64,000 nt of DNA from Bilabrum cf. latius (Eukaryota): contig OZ237743.1 in NCBI GenBank assembly GCA_965178125.1, positions 62,001-126,000 on the forward strand. Direction: 5' to 3'. The notes under the pieces were generated by a model. That model worked only from the letters and a program-made list of their open reading frames with translations. It was not told the DNA's origin and searched no databases. This document shows positions 46,453-57,650 of the stretch, in pieces. How positions within the stretch are numbered: the stretch's first letter is position 1; each line of letters opens with the position of its first letter. A program made the translations under genes and the position numbers.

Positions 46453-49400
46453 TCAGTTCCAATTCCACCCCTACTGCTCCTCCGCATACCCCCCACCTCC
46501 CCCATCACCCCCGTATCCCCCCCCACCACCATAACCCCCCCCATCGTTGTACCCCCCACGCGCAGCCCCCCGCGCCCCCGCGTCATCCTCATCCTCCTCT
46601 GCTCGATCCGCAAGCACGAGACCCTCCCCTGCGGGACCCCGCCCGGGCCCCGCGTTCAAGCGCTCGACCAGCCGCAGCAGTCTGCCCTTGGACTCGCCCT
46701 CTGACCCTGCGGGCCTGCCGTCCCTCGTCCGCTCGATCGGCTTGCGGCAGGCCCGCAGCTTGCCGGCGCCGTGAATCAGACGGACCAGGGATGTGTTGGG
46801 GGCCAGCAGCGCTTGTATGCGATGCATCAGCAAACTCCTTGTTCCCTCGGGGTAGCACGCGTGCACGGCCTGACCCAGCAGCCGCACGGCGATCTCGGCC
46901 GCTGTCACGGCCCCCCACGCGTCGCAGACCAGGTCCTTGTCCTGCTTAGCAGCCGCATCCCCGAGTGCCTCTGCCCTTGAGTTCACGGCGTGCAGCCCGT
47001 TGATGCTCCTCGCCAGCACCGTGTAGCACAGCTGGGTGCAGGCAGGAGGCCCGTCTTCCTACTGGCCATTCCCCTGGGACTAGGATGCTGCCTCCACCTG
47101 CGCGCCCATGGCCGCGGTGCGGCACAGCAGCTCTAGCCGCAGCCGCTGCGGATCCCTCGCCGCTTTGGACATGTAGACCACCTCCGGAAGGCCCGCCCCC
47201 CTCCGCCTCTCCGCGTCTTCCGCCACCCCTCTCGACTCGGCAAAGGGGCACTCGAGCAGAACCAGGCCCTCTAGGCGCTGGAGGAAGGAGCCTGCCCCGG
47301 GGGGCATGAGCCTGTGCAGGTGCGCTGCGAGCAGGGCGTACGGCTGCATGAACTTGGGGTACTCGCTGGCTTCCTTGCCCAGCACGTTGCCCACGCATCG
47401 GTCGATCAGCGCCCCGGCCATCAGCACCGGCACCGTCCCCTTCCTTGCCCGCTCCGGGGTCTGGTCCAAGATCCCCTTGAGGGCATCTGCGCGGGCGTTC
47501 ACCTTGCTCAGGTAGGACTCGATGCCCGACAGCCGCTCCAGCATGCGGGTGTAGTTACCCGAGCTCTGGCCCTTGCCCTGGATATATAAGTGGGCAGCAA
47601 GCCCACGGTCGTAGCTGGCCCGGGCTGGATCGCTGCTGCTCTTCTCTCTCGGCTTGGTCTTGGGCTTGCCTGCTCCTGACGGCCCTATGTCCCCATCAGG
47701 CTAGGTGTCACCCTCCCCTGCGCCAGAAGCCGGGCCAGCCGCTCCATCGTCACCCTCATCCTCATCACCGTCCTCGTCTTTCGACTCCTGCTCCTCCTCC
47801 TCCTTCCTCTTGGCTTCCTCCTCGGCCTGCTCCTGCTTCATGCGCTCCGCCTCCGCCTCGATCCTCGCCCTCGCCTCCGCCTCCTCCTTGGCCCTGCGCT
47901 CCTGCTCTGCGTGCGCCCTGCGCGCCTCCTCGGCTTCCTCCCACGCCCTCGACCTCTCCTCCTGAATCTGCCTGATCCGATCCATACCCTCCTCCACCAT
48001 CTCCCCAGGAGTCTCCCACTCCTCCTGCAGCTTGGCACCAGCTTCCCGCTGCTGGAGGTCTGCCCGCGGCTCCAAGGCTCGCTCCTTGGCCTCCTCGTCA
48101 TCCATCTCGCCAGGATCGGCGCGGAACAGCTCCACCTCCTCCTGCTCCCTGCCCCGCTTCGCGGCCTCTTCCGCAGCCCGCAGCTGCCCCTCGATGGCCT
48201 CCTCCTGCGCGCTGGGCCGCAGCTGCGACACCTCGGCGGGACTCAGCCGCCGCAGGGTCCCATCAGACGCGTCCTCCTCATGCCTGGCTAGGGGCCCCCC
48301 CATTGGTGCGAGGGTGCGCCTGGCCCCCCGGGGCTGTCCATGTGTCCCCACGTTGGGGACCTTCCCTGTTCCCTCAGGTGCCCCCCCGGGTGTTCCCGGA
48401 TCCACGCCCTGCACTGTGGCAGAGACTAGAGCCTCGAAGGCGCCTTGCCCCCCGCGGTGCACGTGGAGGGCCAGTTCCCTACCGCGACCGGCAGCACCAG
48501 CAGATGCCTCGCCCCTGGAGGCGTGCAGCTTGCGGGCGCGTCTGCCGGCCCTGAACCCGCCCTCGCCGCTCTTGTTCCCCACCAGCTGGATCGACCCGCC
48601 GCTGGCACGCGACCCGCCCGTGCTCGCCGCCCCCGGCCGTCCCTGAGGCGTGCCGACTGGGGTCACGGGGAGGCTGCGGCCCATCCGCGGCTGCCTTGGC
48701 ACACGGGAGCTCCTCATCCTCTTGCCCTCGGTCGACCCCAATGCATTGCTGGAGGGTGCAGCGCCAGGGGAGCTTCCCTGCTTGCCGGCTCGCATCGCGG
48801 CCTTGACGGCAGGCGAGAGCATGGACCTGACCTGCGACTAGGGCGAGGTGGCATCGGCAGTACCGTGCGATGCACCCACCGCCCGACGGCCCAGAGCCCG
48901 CATCACGACGGGAGACAGAACGGCCCGTCCTCGAGGCCGTCCCGCCCCAGTTCCTGTTCCTGTTCCTGTTCCTGTTCCAGTTCCAGTTCCTTCACTGCCT
49001 GGGCCAGCCACCGCGGGAGTTCCTGGCGACAGTCTCCCGGTCTCCTCACTCTTGCTCTATCCGCGGATCCCACCGCCCGATGCACCAGGTCCAGCACCGC
49101 CCGCCCGAACCAGTGCTCCCTGCAGCAAGATCTGCACGGGGCGCTTCATCCCCTCCCGCATCGCCTGCTGCAGCGCAGCCGCACCCACCTGAGCGCCGGA
49201 CCTGCCGCACTGGAAGAGGCCCAGCTCCGGCCACAGGGCCAACACAGGGTCTTTGCTTGGCCACAGGACAGAAGGCAGCATTGGGGGCCGGGGAACGCCG
49301 GTGAGCCCGCACCCACCCGCCCCGAGCTGCATGAGGGCCGGGACAGGCCCAACAAATGATGCGACCCCGGCCTTACCCTAGTCGTTGCCGGCACTGCGGC

Positions 49401-52400
49401 GAGCGAGAGTTCCCTGCAGTTGCTCCGCCCCCCCGGATACGTGTTCCCTCGCTCGGTCGGCAGCCCGCGCCAGCTCGCTCACCGCGCCGGCCACCTCCAT
49501 CTCGTGCCCCAGCCCGAGTGCCTCCTCCGGGGCCAGTGCCGCCTGAGGTGGCACCAGCGGCTGCTGCCCCTCTCCCACCCTCTCGTATACAAGCATGACA
49601 GACAGCCGCACCGCCCGGCTGGCGGCCGCCCCATCCAGCCGCGCGGCAGGCCCCGCCGCTCCCCCGGAGCCTCCTCTTAGCCAGTGCCTCGCCACCGGCT
49701 CCATCGAGCTCAGTGCGGAGGTGATGCATGCGTCGGCCCGCAGCCCAGGTGCGCCCGCGGAAGACACGCAGGAAGGTGTCCAGACAAACCACGCAGTGTC
49801 CTCCCACGGCAGCATGCCGCCCTCTGTGCCTAAAGCCGAGTAGCCCGCCGCGGGCACCGACCGCTGCAGCACGGCCACTCCACGGCGGGGGTCCAAGTCA
49901 GAGGCCCCTCTTCCTTTCCCCGGTAGCCCCATCGCACCTGAGGGAACAAGGGCAGCGACCAGCTCGTACCTGTCCCCGCGGCGTAGAGGTGCATTCACCA
50001 GGGCGGGGTGGTCCCGGAGCAGCTGCAGCGGAACCTCCACCTCGGCGCTGCGCATCATGTCCGCCGCAGCGCTCCTCACATCCTCGGCTGCCACCGCGTC
50101 GGGCACGGGGATCTGGCCCCTGTCCAGCTGCAGGGCCAGCACGCGGGGGCAGCTCAGCAGCCGCCGCTGGGTGCAGGCAGCTGCTGCCCCCCCCGACCCC
50201 GGACCCGACCCCGACCCGTCGCTCGCTGCTCCCCCCAGGCTGCTCCCCGATCGAGAGCCTGCCCCCGCCACCGGCCCCCCTGCGACCGCCCCCGCAGTAG
50301 CCTCTGCAATGTCACGCTGCCAGTCTGCCGACCAGCTGCCTGACGCCCCGAAGAGCCCAGGGAAAGCCGCCGCCGCTGCCGCCGCCTGCACATCCACACC
50401 AGCTGCTGCTTGCCGGCCAGGTGCCTCCCCCTCGCCCCCACCGTGGGGACCACCCCCCCCTGCCTCCTCGGGTGCCTCCATGCTGGAAGGCATGCGAGCA
50501 GGATCCGGCCCCTGCCCAACAGGCCCGCTCTCTGGTCCCACGGGCGCGGCCCAGTCAATGAGGCAGTGCGATAGGGTCGTGCTGAGCCCATCCTCCTCCT
50601 CCTCATCATCACCCTCTTCTTCTTTGCCAAATACCCCAGCCTCGAACCTCACCGCCGGCACACCACGCCTGGATACAGAACCATCACCATCACCATCACC
50701 ACCCACATCCCCGTCCCCGCCATCCACGCTCTCCCCACCCTTGCATTCCTCGGCCCCGCTCGCACCGTGCCCCGTCTCACCAGACGGATCCGCAGCCAGC
50801 GCCCGAACAGCCCGCCCTGCCCTCCGGCGGGGACTGTTCCTCGCCACGGACCGCCTGTAGAGGTCGTCCTCCGTGGAGGCACGCAGCAGCGCACTCACCC
50901 CTGCCCCTGCCCCTGCCCCTGCCCCTGCCCCTGCTCCGGTCCCGCCCGTGGACCGTCCTACAGTCTTGCGCCGAGCAGAAACGGAGGGGGAAGCAAGCGG
51001 ACTTGCCCCGATAGCCGCGCGCATGGCCGAGGCTGACGCGCGTCCGGCTCCGAATCCGCCCCGAACCCCGTGAGGACCTACGTCTATTGCGCTGTTCCCT
51101 CGGGCCATGGAGGCCCCCCTCGGCATGGAGGCCTCCCGGGCCATGGACGGCCCCGCCCCGCTTCCTCCGGCGCCCTTGCGTTGCAGCGCCCTGGCCAGGG
51201 AGGGCCGCTGGGAGTGTCCTCGCGGCAGCCTCGCGGCACTCGCACCTCGCCGGCTGGACCGTCTGGCAGACCGCCCGGTCCTCGCCGACTGCGAGGTCAT
51301 GCGCGAGACAGTGGCCAGCGATGACAGCCCGCGTCCCTGGGATGTCTCCCCCGCGTCCACCAGACCGGCATGCAGGCGGTCGGTCCTCGCCGCCGCCATG
51401 AGTGTCCCGCTCACATCGAGTCGAAGCACCCCCACCAGCTGCCCCATGCCCCGTCCATGATTCCCCATACCCTCACCCACACCCTCACCCTAGCTCCCGG
51501 CCTCGCTATCTCCAGTGTCCTCCTGCACAATAGGAAGGAGGCACTCCCTAAGGACCCCTGGAGAGTGAGCCACGCCCTTGTCCACAGCCAGCGCTCCTGG
51601 ATCCAGCCCCGCCCCTATCCAAAGCACGGCCTCGCACACGGCGCCCAGCGGATCCGCTCCAAACTCCCGCCCCGCTGCCCGCAGGTGCTACAGCAGATCA
51701 TGCCCGCACAGCTCCCGGACTAGTCCACCCAGCAGGAGGCACATCGCAAAGGACGACGAGACCAGCGGCACGTGTCCCGGCACCCCGGCCCGCAAGGCCT
51801 CCAGGACCAGTGCCCCCCGAAGGTGGCTGCTGTCCCACGCCGAGCCCAGCACGCCGTTGGCCGTCCGCCGCACGCACCTGTCGAAATCCAGCCCCGCCGC
51901 CCTAGCGACCGATGACTCCCCCAGTGACCCCGCCTCGGCCAGGTGTTCCCCCTCGCGGGGGGCACCGCAGACATCCACGGCGAGCCGCCCGCCCAGCAGC
52001 GCCCGGCACAGCTGCACGGGCCCGTTCCCCGCCACGGGCTGCCTGCTCCCGGGGCCAGGCATGGCCAGTCCCTGCTCCAGCCACGCCCATGGCGCCGCCC
52101 GCTCCCGCTTGCTGTCCCACTCGTTGGATGGCGACCTGAACTGATCCATGCCCCCCCTGCGCTTGCTTGGGCTTGGGCTTGGGCTTGGGCTTGTGAATTC
52201 TCCGTTGTTCCCTGGATCGTGCCCCCCCTTGCCCGGCTAGGGCTCGTCCATTTGCAGATAGTCCCTGTGCCATGACACGGGGGACCGGCTGTCGATGCCT
52301 ACCCTCCCCGATGCGCCCCGATCGGCCGGGAACCCTTTGGCCCTTGCGATACCGGTCTAACCGTCGTGCATGCGCAGTGCACTGCAGGCAGTCTGCAGCG

Positions 52401-53466
52401 CGGCAGAGCCAACCTGTGCGTGTGCCCTCGCCAGGGTCCACCGAGCCCACGGCGAGCCGGCCAGCAGCTAGGCAGCCGCCTCTGCCCCGCGGGCCGCATC
52501 CAGCGCGCTCGAGGACGCGATCCATCGCACCTCCAGCCCCTGGTTCCTCCCGCGTGCCTCACCGATCGATCGGAGCACCTCCCCCGCCGCCTCCAGCTCC
52601 CCCAGCCCGGCCACGTCCTCGGGGCCTACCCCGGAGGAGACGAGCACGTGCCGGCTGGCCGCGAGCCGGACAAGCCTCGATCGGAGCCGTCCGTTCGATG
52701 CCGCACGCCACGCTGCCTCCAGCCGAGGCCTCCCCGGAACCGTGCCCGGCGCAACGACAGGCGGTACCGGCTGGTTGCCACCAGCAGCAGCGCCACCAGA
52801 CGCACCCGCCGCTACATCCAATGCAGAGGCGCGCATCGGCCCCAGTTTCGCCCCGCAGCCCAGGACAGCAGCCCGCAGGCGCTGTCCCCGCAGAGGCACG
52901 GCAGTCCCCGCGGGCCACCGCCGGGCCTCCCCCTGGGTGCCGCACTGAGAGAGAGTGCCAAGCCGCACCATCACGCCCTTGAGAATGAGAGGGCAGTCCC
53001 CAAGTGGGGCAGTCTCGCGAGGCGCTGCGGACGATCGCCGCTGCGGTGAGCGCCCCGATTCAGTCCTCGCAATACCGGTGGCGAGCGCCACCGCCTGATC
53101 CATGAAGTGGCGCTGGCCGGACGGGGCAGCACCGCTCCGCAACAAACCTCCAATTGGATCCCCGCAAAATACCCTGCCGCTCCATAGGTCTAGCCACAGC
53201 TCAGTCGACCGTCCAGAGGCCCCACACGCGCAACAAGAGCACCCGTGCGCGCTTAGCACGTTCTAACCGTCACCACCGCTCCAGCGTCGCATATCGCGCG
53301 GAACTAAGTCGCGAATCATGCTGTCAGGGCGATTTGCAGCCGCCTCTGCGGCCGCTGCTGCGGTACTGCTGGCTGAGGCGGCCAACTGGTCTTCTTCGCG
53401 CGTTCGAATCTAAAGGCCGGTACGCGCATACTATGGCAGATTTTCCTCCTCTGATACACGTAACAT
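46453..53466 (-). CDS. Putative fusion: degenerate ZnF-UBP/USP5-like domain, coiled coil and GLE1-like domain (about 2340 aa)
   Basis: Single frame with about 15 TAGs, ending at TGA 46453. N-terminal USP5/13-like segments: CCACG...LWLDLWSGRVFCG...PLILKGVMVRLGTL, RRLLSCPRVLALQLDR and YELVAALV. C-terminal GLE1-like segments: PYALLAAHL...LVLLECPF, VLARSIN, LLGQAVHACYP and GRLLRLVE. Confidence 0.6.
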
Positions 53467-53645
53467 ACTAATAACGCAAAGTTGCGTCTCAATTTGCTGC
53501 ATGTTAGCCTCACAGGGCCGTGCAATGTCTGTTCCAAGACAGGCCTCCATCTGCTTCGTAGCACTCGTCACACAGAACTACCCAACTTTCGCTCCACGGG
53601 CGGTTGCAGTCGCCACGCACAGTCTCGCCGAGTGGTGCGGACGAC

Positions 53646-56600
53646 ATGATCGGCAAAGAACCGCCTCCAATGAATGCATAGAGACCGATTGCCAAGCGAA
53701 CGAACGCGGCCCCGGTGTTCGTATTTGACTCAGGAACCGGCCGCTGCAAGTGCCTAAAAGTTGCTGCAGCGGTATTCGTTTTGATGCTCTGCTCTGTTGG
53801 GACAATCGTGATTGGGACAGCCTCCCACGGCAACGTTGCGTCCAGATATACCATGCTCCCACATGGGCTTATGTGCTGCGTGTTTTCTCTCCTTTCCGTG
53901 GCTCTGCACTACGGCAGGGCGTGCGGATTCTGCGACTGCCTGTGCCCGGTTGACCCGCAATCCAAGAGGATCCGTTCCCGCCTAGCCATGTTCAACGTAG
54001 CGGTTGCTATTATTCTAACTCTTGGCATGATATCCATGGGAAGCGCGCTGACTGCTCCCTTCGTGCTGGAGAGGACCGGTTTCGTCGGTGGCCGGGGCTA
54101 GGCCAACGTCGCAATGGCGCTCCTGCCCAGCGGGGTGCCCGACTTCAACGCAGCCAGCAGCGGGGCCCGCATGCGCGCGGTGGGATACATCGTAGTGACG
54201 GCCATCGCCGCTGTCCTGGAGCTGAGCGCCTTCTTGCTGCTCATGCGCGGGTCCGTGCCTCGGTTCCCGGGCAGCGGGCCCTGCGGGCTGCTGCCGCTGG
54301 GCTCGACTCTCCCCGCGACGGCTGCGGTCCTGGCCATCCCGCTGGGGCCCTTCCTGCCTCTGCTCCCCCCTGTGGCACAGGCACTGGTCGCCGTGGTGCT
54401 GCTGGGGCTGGGGGCGCTGTCTGCGTGGCAGTCGAGCCAGGCGCCCGGCTGGGAGGTGGTGCGGGTGCGGGCCCGGGGGCTGCGGCAGGAGGCCCAGAGA
54501 TTGGCTGGGGCGCTATAGCTCGGGCCCCGCAAGGGGCAGACCAGAGGCAAAGCAGAGGGTAAAGAGCAGGAGCTGGAGCATGGGCATCGGTACTGGGGGG
54601 CAGGAGGCGGCACAGGAACAGGAACAGAGCTGGGTCTGCCAGTGGGCCGGTCTCCGTGGCTGGACGAGGAGGAGCAGGAGGCTGGCGTGCTGGCCCAGCT
54701 GGCCGCGCTTGCTTCTGCGTACTGGCTGCGGTGGGGCGGTAGGGAAGTGATCAGGAGGACCAGTGCTAGGGAACACAGCCGGAGGGGGATCCAGGGGCCG
54801 CCCCCTGCACCCGTGGGGCCCTCCCTGTCGGGCAGTGGCAGCGTGGGCTCTGTCTCCAGGCACCGCTCCATCGACGCCCAGGAGTGGGTGACTGACCTGA
54901 GGATCAGAGAGGCGGGGCCCATGAGGAGCATGTCTCCGCAGGCACAAGGGGCCATCGGGGGAACACAAGGGGCCATCGGGGGAGCAGCACCAGCAGCAGC
55001 AGCAGCACCAGCATCAGCCGGGGCAGCCCCTGGAAGCGCCTCGCCGACAATGACTCTCCCACCGGTGCAGATCGCTGCAGCGGCCCCCTCTGCAGGCAGC
55101 CAGCGAGCGGCCCCTGCCGCTCCTGAAGCGATGCACCCGGTGCCACACGGCAGCGCCTCCCCGCAGCAGTCTCAGCAGAGCAGCAGCCCGCTCCCAGTCC
55201 GGATCATCCAGCTGACCGACGTGCACCTGGGGCACCTGGACCACGAGCGCATCCTCAGGCGGCTCTGCGAGGAGGCCGTGGACAGCAGGCCTGACCTCGT
55301 GCTGCTGACGGGCGACTTCTTCGTGCCCGATGGAGACGCCGGGGGCACGATCGGGGTGGGTGAGGCCGATTGGCTGGCTGGAGCCCCCCATTCGTCCTCC
55401 CCCTCCTCCGCGCCATCGTTCGACCCCTACTCCCCGGACCCTCCTGCCTCCGGGCGCGCCATCCTCCGGTGGTGCCTTTGGCCGCTGAGGAGCCTCCAGG
55501 GGCGCTGCTTCGCGTGCTGCGGGAATCACGACGAGGAGTCTCTTCGGGTACATGGGATCGTGCGGGCTGACCTGGTCGCATGCGGGGTGGAGCTCCTGTA
55601 CGACGACGCAGTGGCCGTGCCCACGCCCGCGGGGCCCGTGGTTGTGCACGGCCTCGCGCAGTACAGGATCAGCCGGACAAGGGCCGCGGTGGAGGGCGGC
55701 GGCGCCTTCACCTACAGGCCCAGGGGCAAGGAGAAGCTGCACGCAGCGACCGAGCTGCTCTTCTGGGCGAGACAGGCCCTCGCTGCTGCAGCCATGGGCG
55801 GGGGTCCCACCCCCAGCGAGGGGCCAAGGAACAGGGCCAGGTCCATCGGCGGGTCGCATGGTATGCCTGGGGGGAATGCCAACGCCGTGGGAGATGAGAC
55901 CCGGGGAGGATCGGGGGTGCTTGGAGCTGGCAATCAGCAGGAGCAGGAGGAGGACGAAGGGGCTCCCGACAGTCGCGCAGCGAGGACAGCAGCCGCGCTA
56001 GGTGCACACTCGTCACATGGAGGCGCCCCGGGCCAGCTGGCGCTTCCACCCCCACCGGACACGCCCTCAGCTGTGGTCGCCGCCGCATCCGTGCCCGGCT
56101 CCAACCGCATGCCGAGCGCGGGCTCCTACCGCAACGAGTCGGGGGGCCGGGGCAGGGCGGCGCTGTCGATCAGCCGACCCCTCGACCGGGGCCGACCGCT
56201 GGACAGAGGCCGTGCGCTGTCGGGCCGCAGCACGGGGTCGGTTCCCCGGCGCATCTCTGGTGAAGCGGGGGCGGGAGCGGGACCTGGCGGAGAGGGTGGG
56301 CCGGTGGTGAGCCCCTCGCTGTCCTCGTCCCAGGGAACAAGGCCCCGGGCCTCCTCGTTCCACCCCGTCGTGCCGCGCAGGGGATTCAGGAAGCGCACTA
56401 CCAGCGAGATTAGCGGGAATGGGAGCGTGAATATTCGCGGACGCATTGTGAGCGCGGATACAGGGGGTGCCAACAGGAGGACAGCCGCCAGCGGTGGCTC
56501 TGGCGCCGCTGGTGCGCTGCCACTCGCCGGCGGGTCTCTTGCGGCAATCGGCGTTCGTGAAGGTTCTTCGCCGTTACCACCGTCCCTGCGACGGGCCGTC

Positions 56601-57476
56601 TCGGCAGACGAGGCCTCCTCCCGGCGAGCCCAGCTAGAGGCAGGCAGCAGCGGCCCAGGTCTGCCGGTGCTGGCCGGTGCGCTGGCCGGGGCACTCGCGG
56701 GGCCACTGGAGCAGGGCATGGAGGCTGTGAGCTCGCCGCGTGTGACGAGTGCCGGTGCCGGCGCCGGTCCCGGGTCCGAGTTGGGTGCGCCAAGTCCCCA
56801 CGTGACGAGTGCGGTCGCCCCGCAGGTCGGTGCCCTCGCAGGTGGTGGCCTTGGGGGCGGCGGGGGTGGTGCCCGTGATGGTGAGGAGGAGGAGGAAGAA
56901 GAAGAAGACGATCCGTTCGAGGGCCTGGGGGGCACGCTGGGCACGGATCGATCGGAGCAGGTCCTCTCCCTGTCGAGGCACGGGCCCCCCGTCCTGCTGG
57001 TGAGCATGATCCACGACCCGCGGGTGGCGGCGGGGGTCTGCGCCTCCATGCCTGCCCTGCCCGTGCTCTTCCTGTGCGGACACACGCACGGGGGGCACGT
57101 GGGCTGCGTGCAGTGCGGATGCGACTGGACGCTCACTCGCCAGGGAACAGGGGAGCCGGATCACGGGCTGTTCGGGCCGGAGGAGGGGGCGGGGGACTGG
57201 GACTGGGGAACACAGCTTGACCAGGAGCGGGAGGGGGGGTCGGATGCAGGGGGTGAGGTCGTGGGCGTGGTGACGGGGGGAAAGGGGGCTGAGGATCCAA
57301 CAGCTGACGGGTCGCCGGCCTCCGCGGTGGCGAGGGCGTCTGGGTCCCTTGCCCCCGCGAGCCTGGCGCGGCTGTACGTGCACAGAGGGCAGGGGTTCCG
57401 GTCTCTGAGCAGCGACCTGGTGGGCCGGCTGGGGGTGCCTCCCGAGATGTCGCTCATGGAGGTATGCGTGGAGTGA
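53646..57476 (+). CDS. Transmembrane metallophosphoesterase (TMPPE/YkuE-like)
   Basis: Several N-terminal TM segments, then IIQLTDVHLG, VLLTGDF, GNHD, IHDP, LCGHTHGG, LYVHRGQG and RLGVPPE. TAGs at 53679, 54099 and 54516; TGA at 57474. Confidence 0.85.
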
Positions 57477-57650
57477 AGGTGCTTGTTTGCAATTGCGTTG
57501 CGTAATGTTTGCTTGCCTTGATACTGTGCTGCTTCGTGTCTGTGGGCACTGCATGAAGTGGTTGCAACCGCTCGGAGCTCTCGTCGATCCTTCAACAATC
57601 CTTTTGGGATCGGGTCAGGAGGCTGCTGTCCTCCTTTGCATTTCGAGAAT

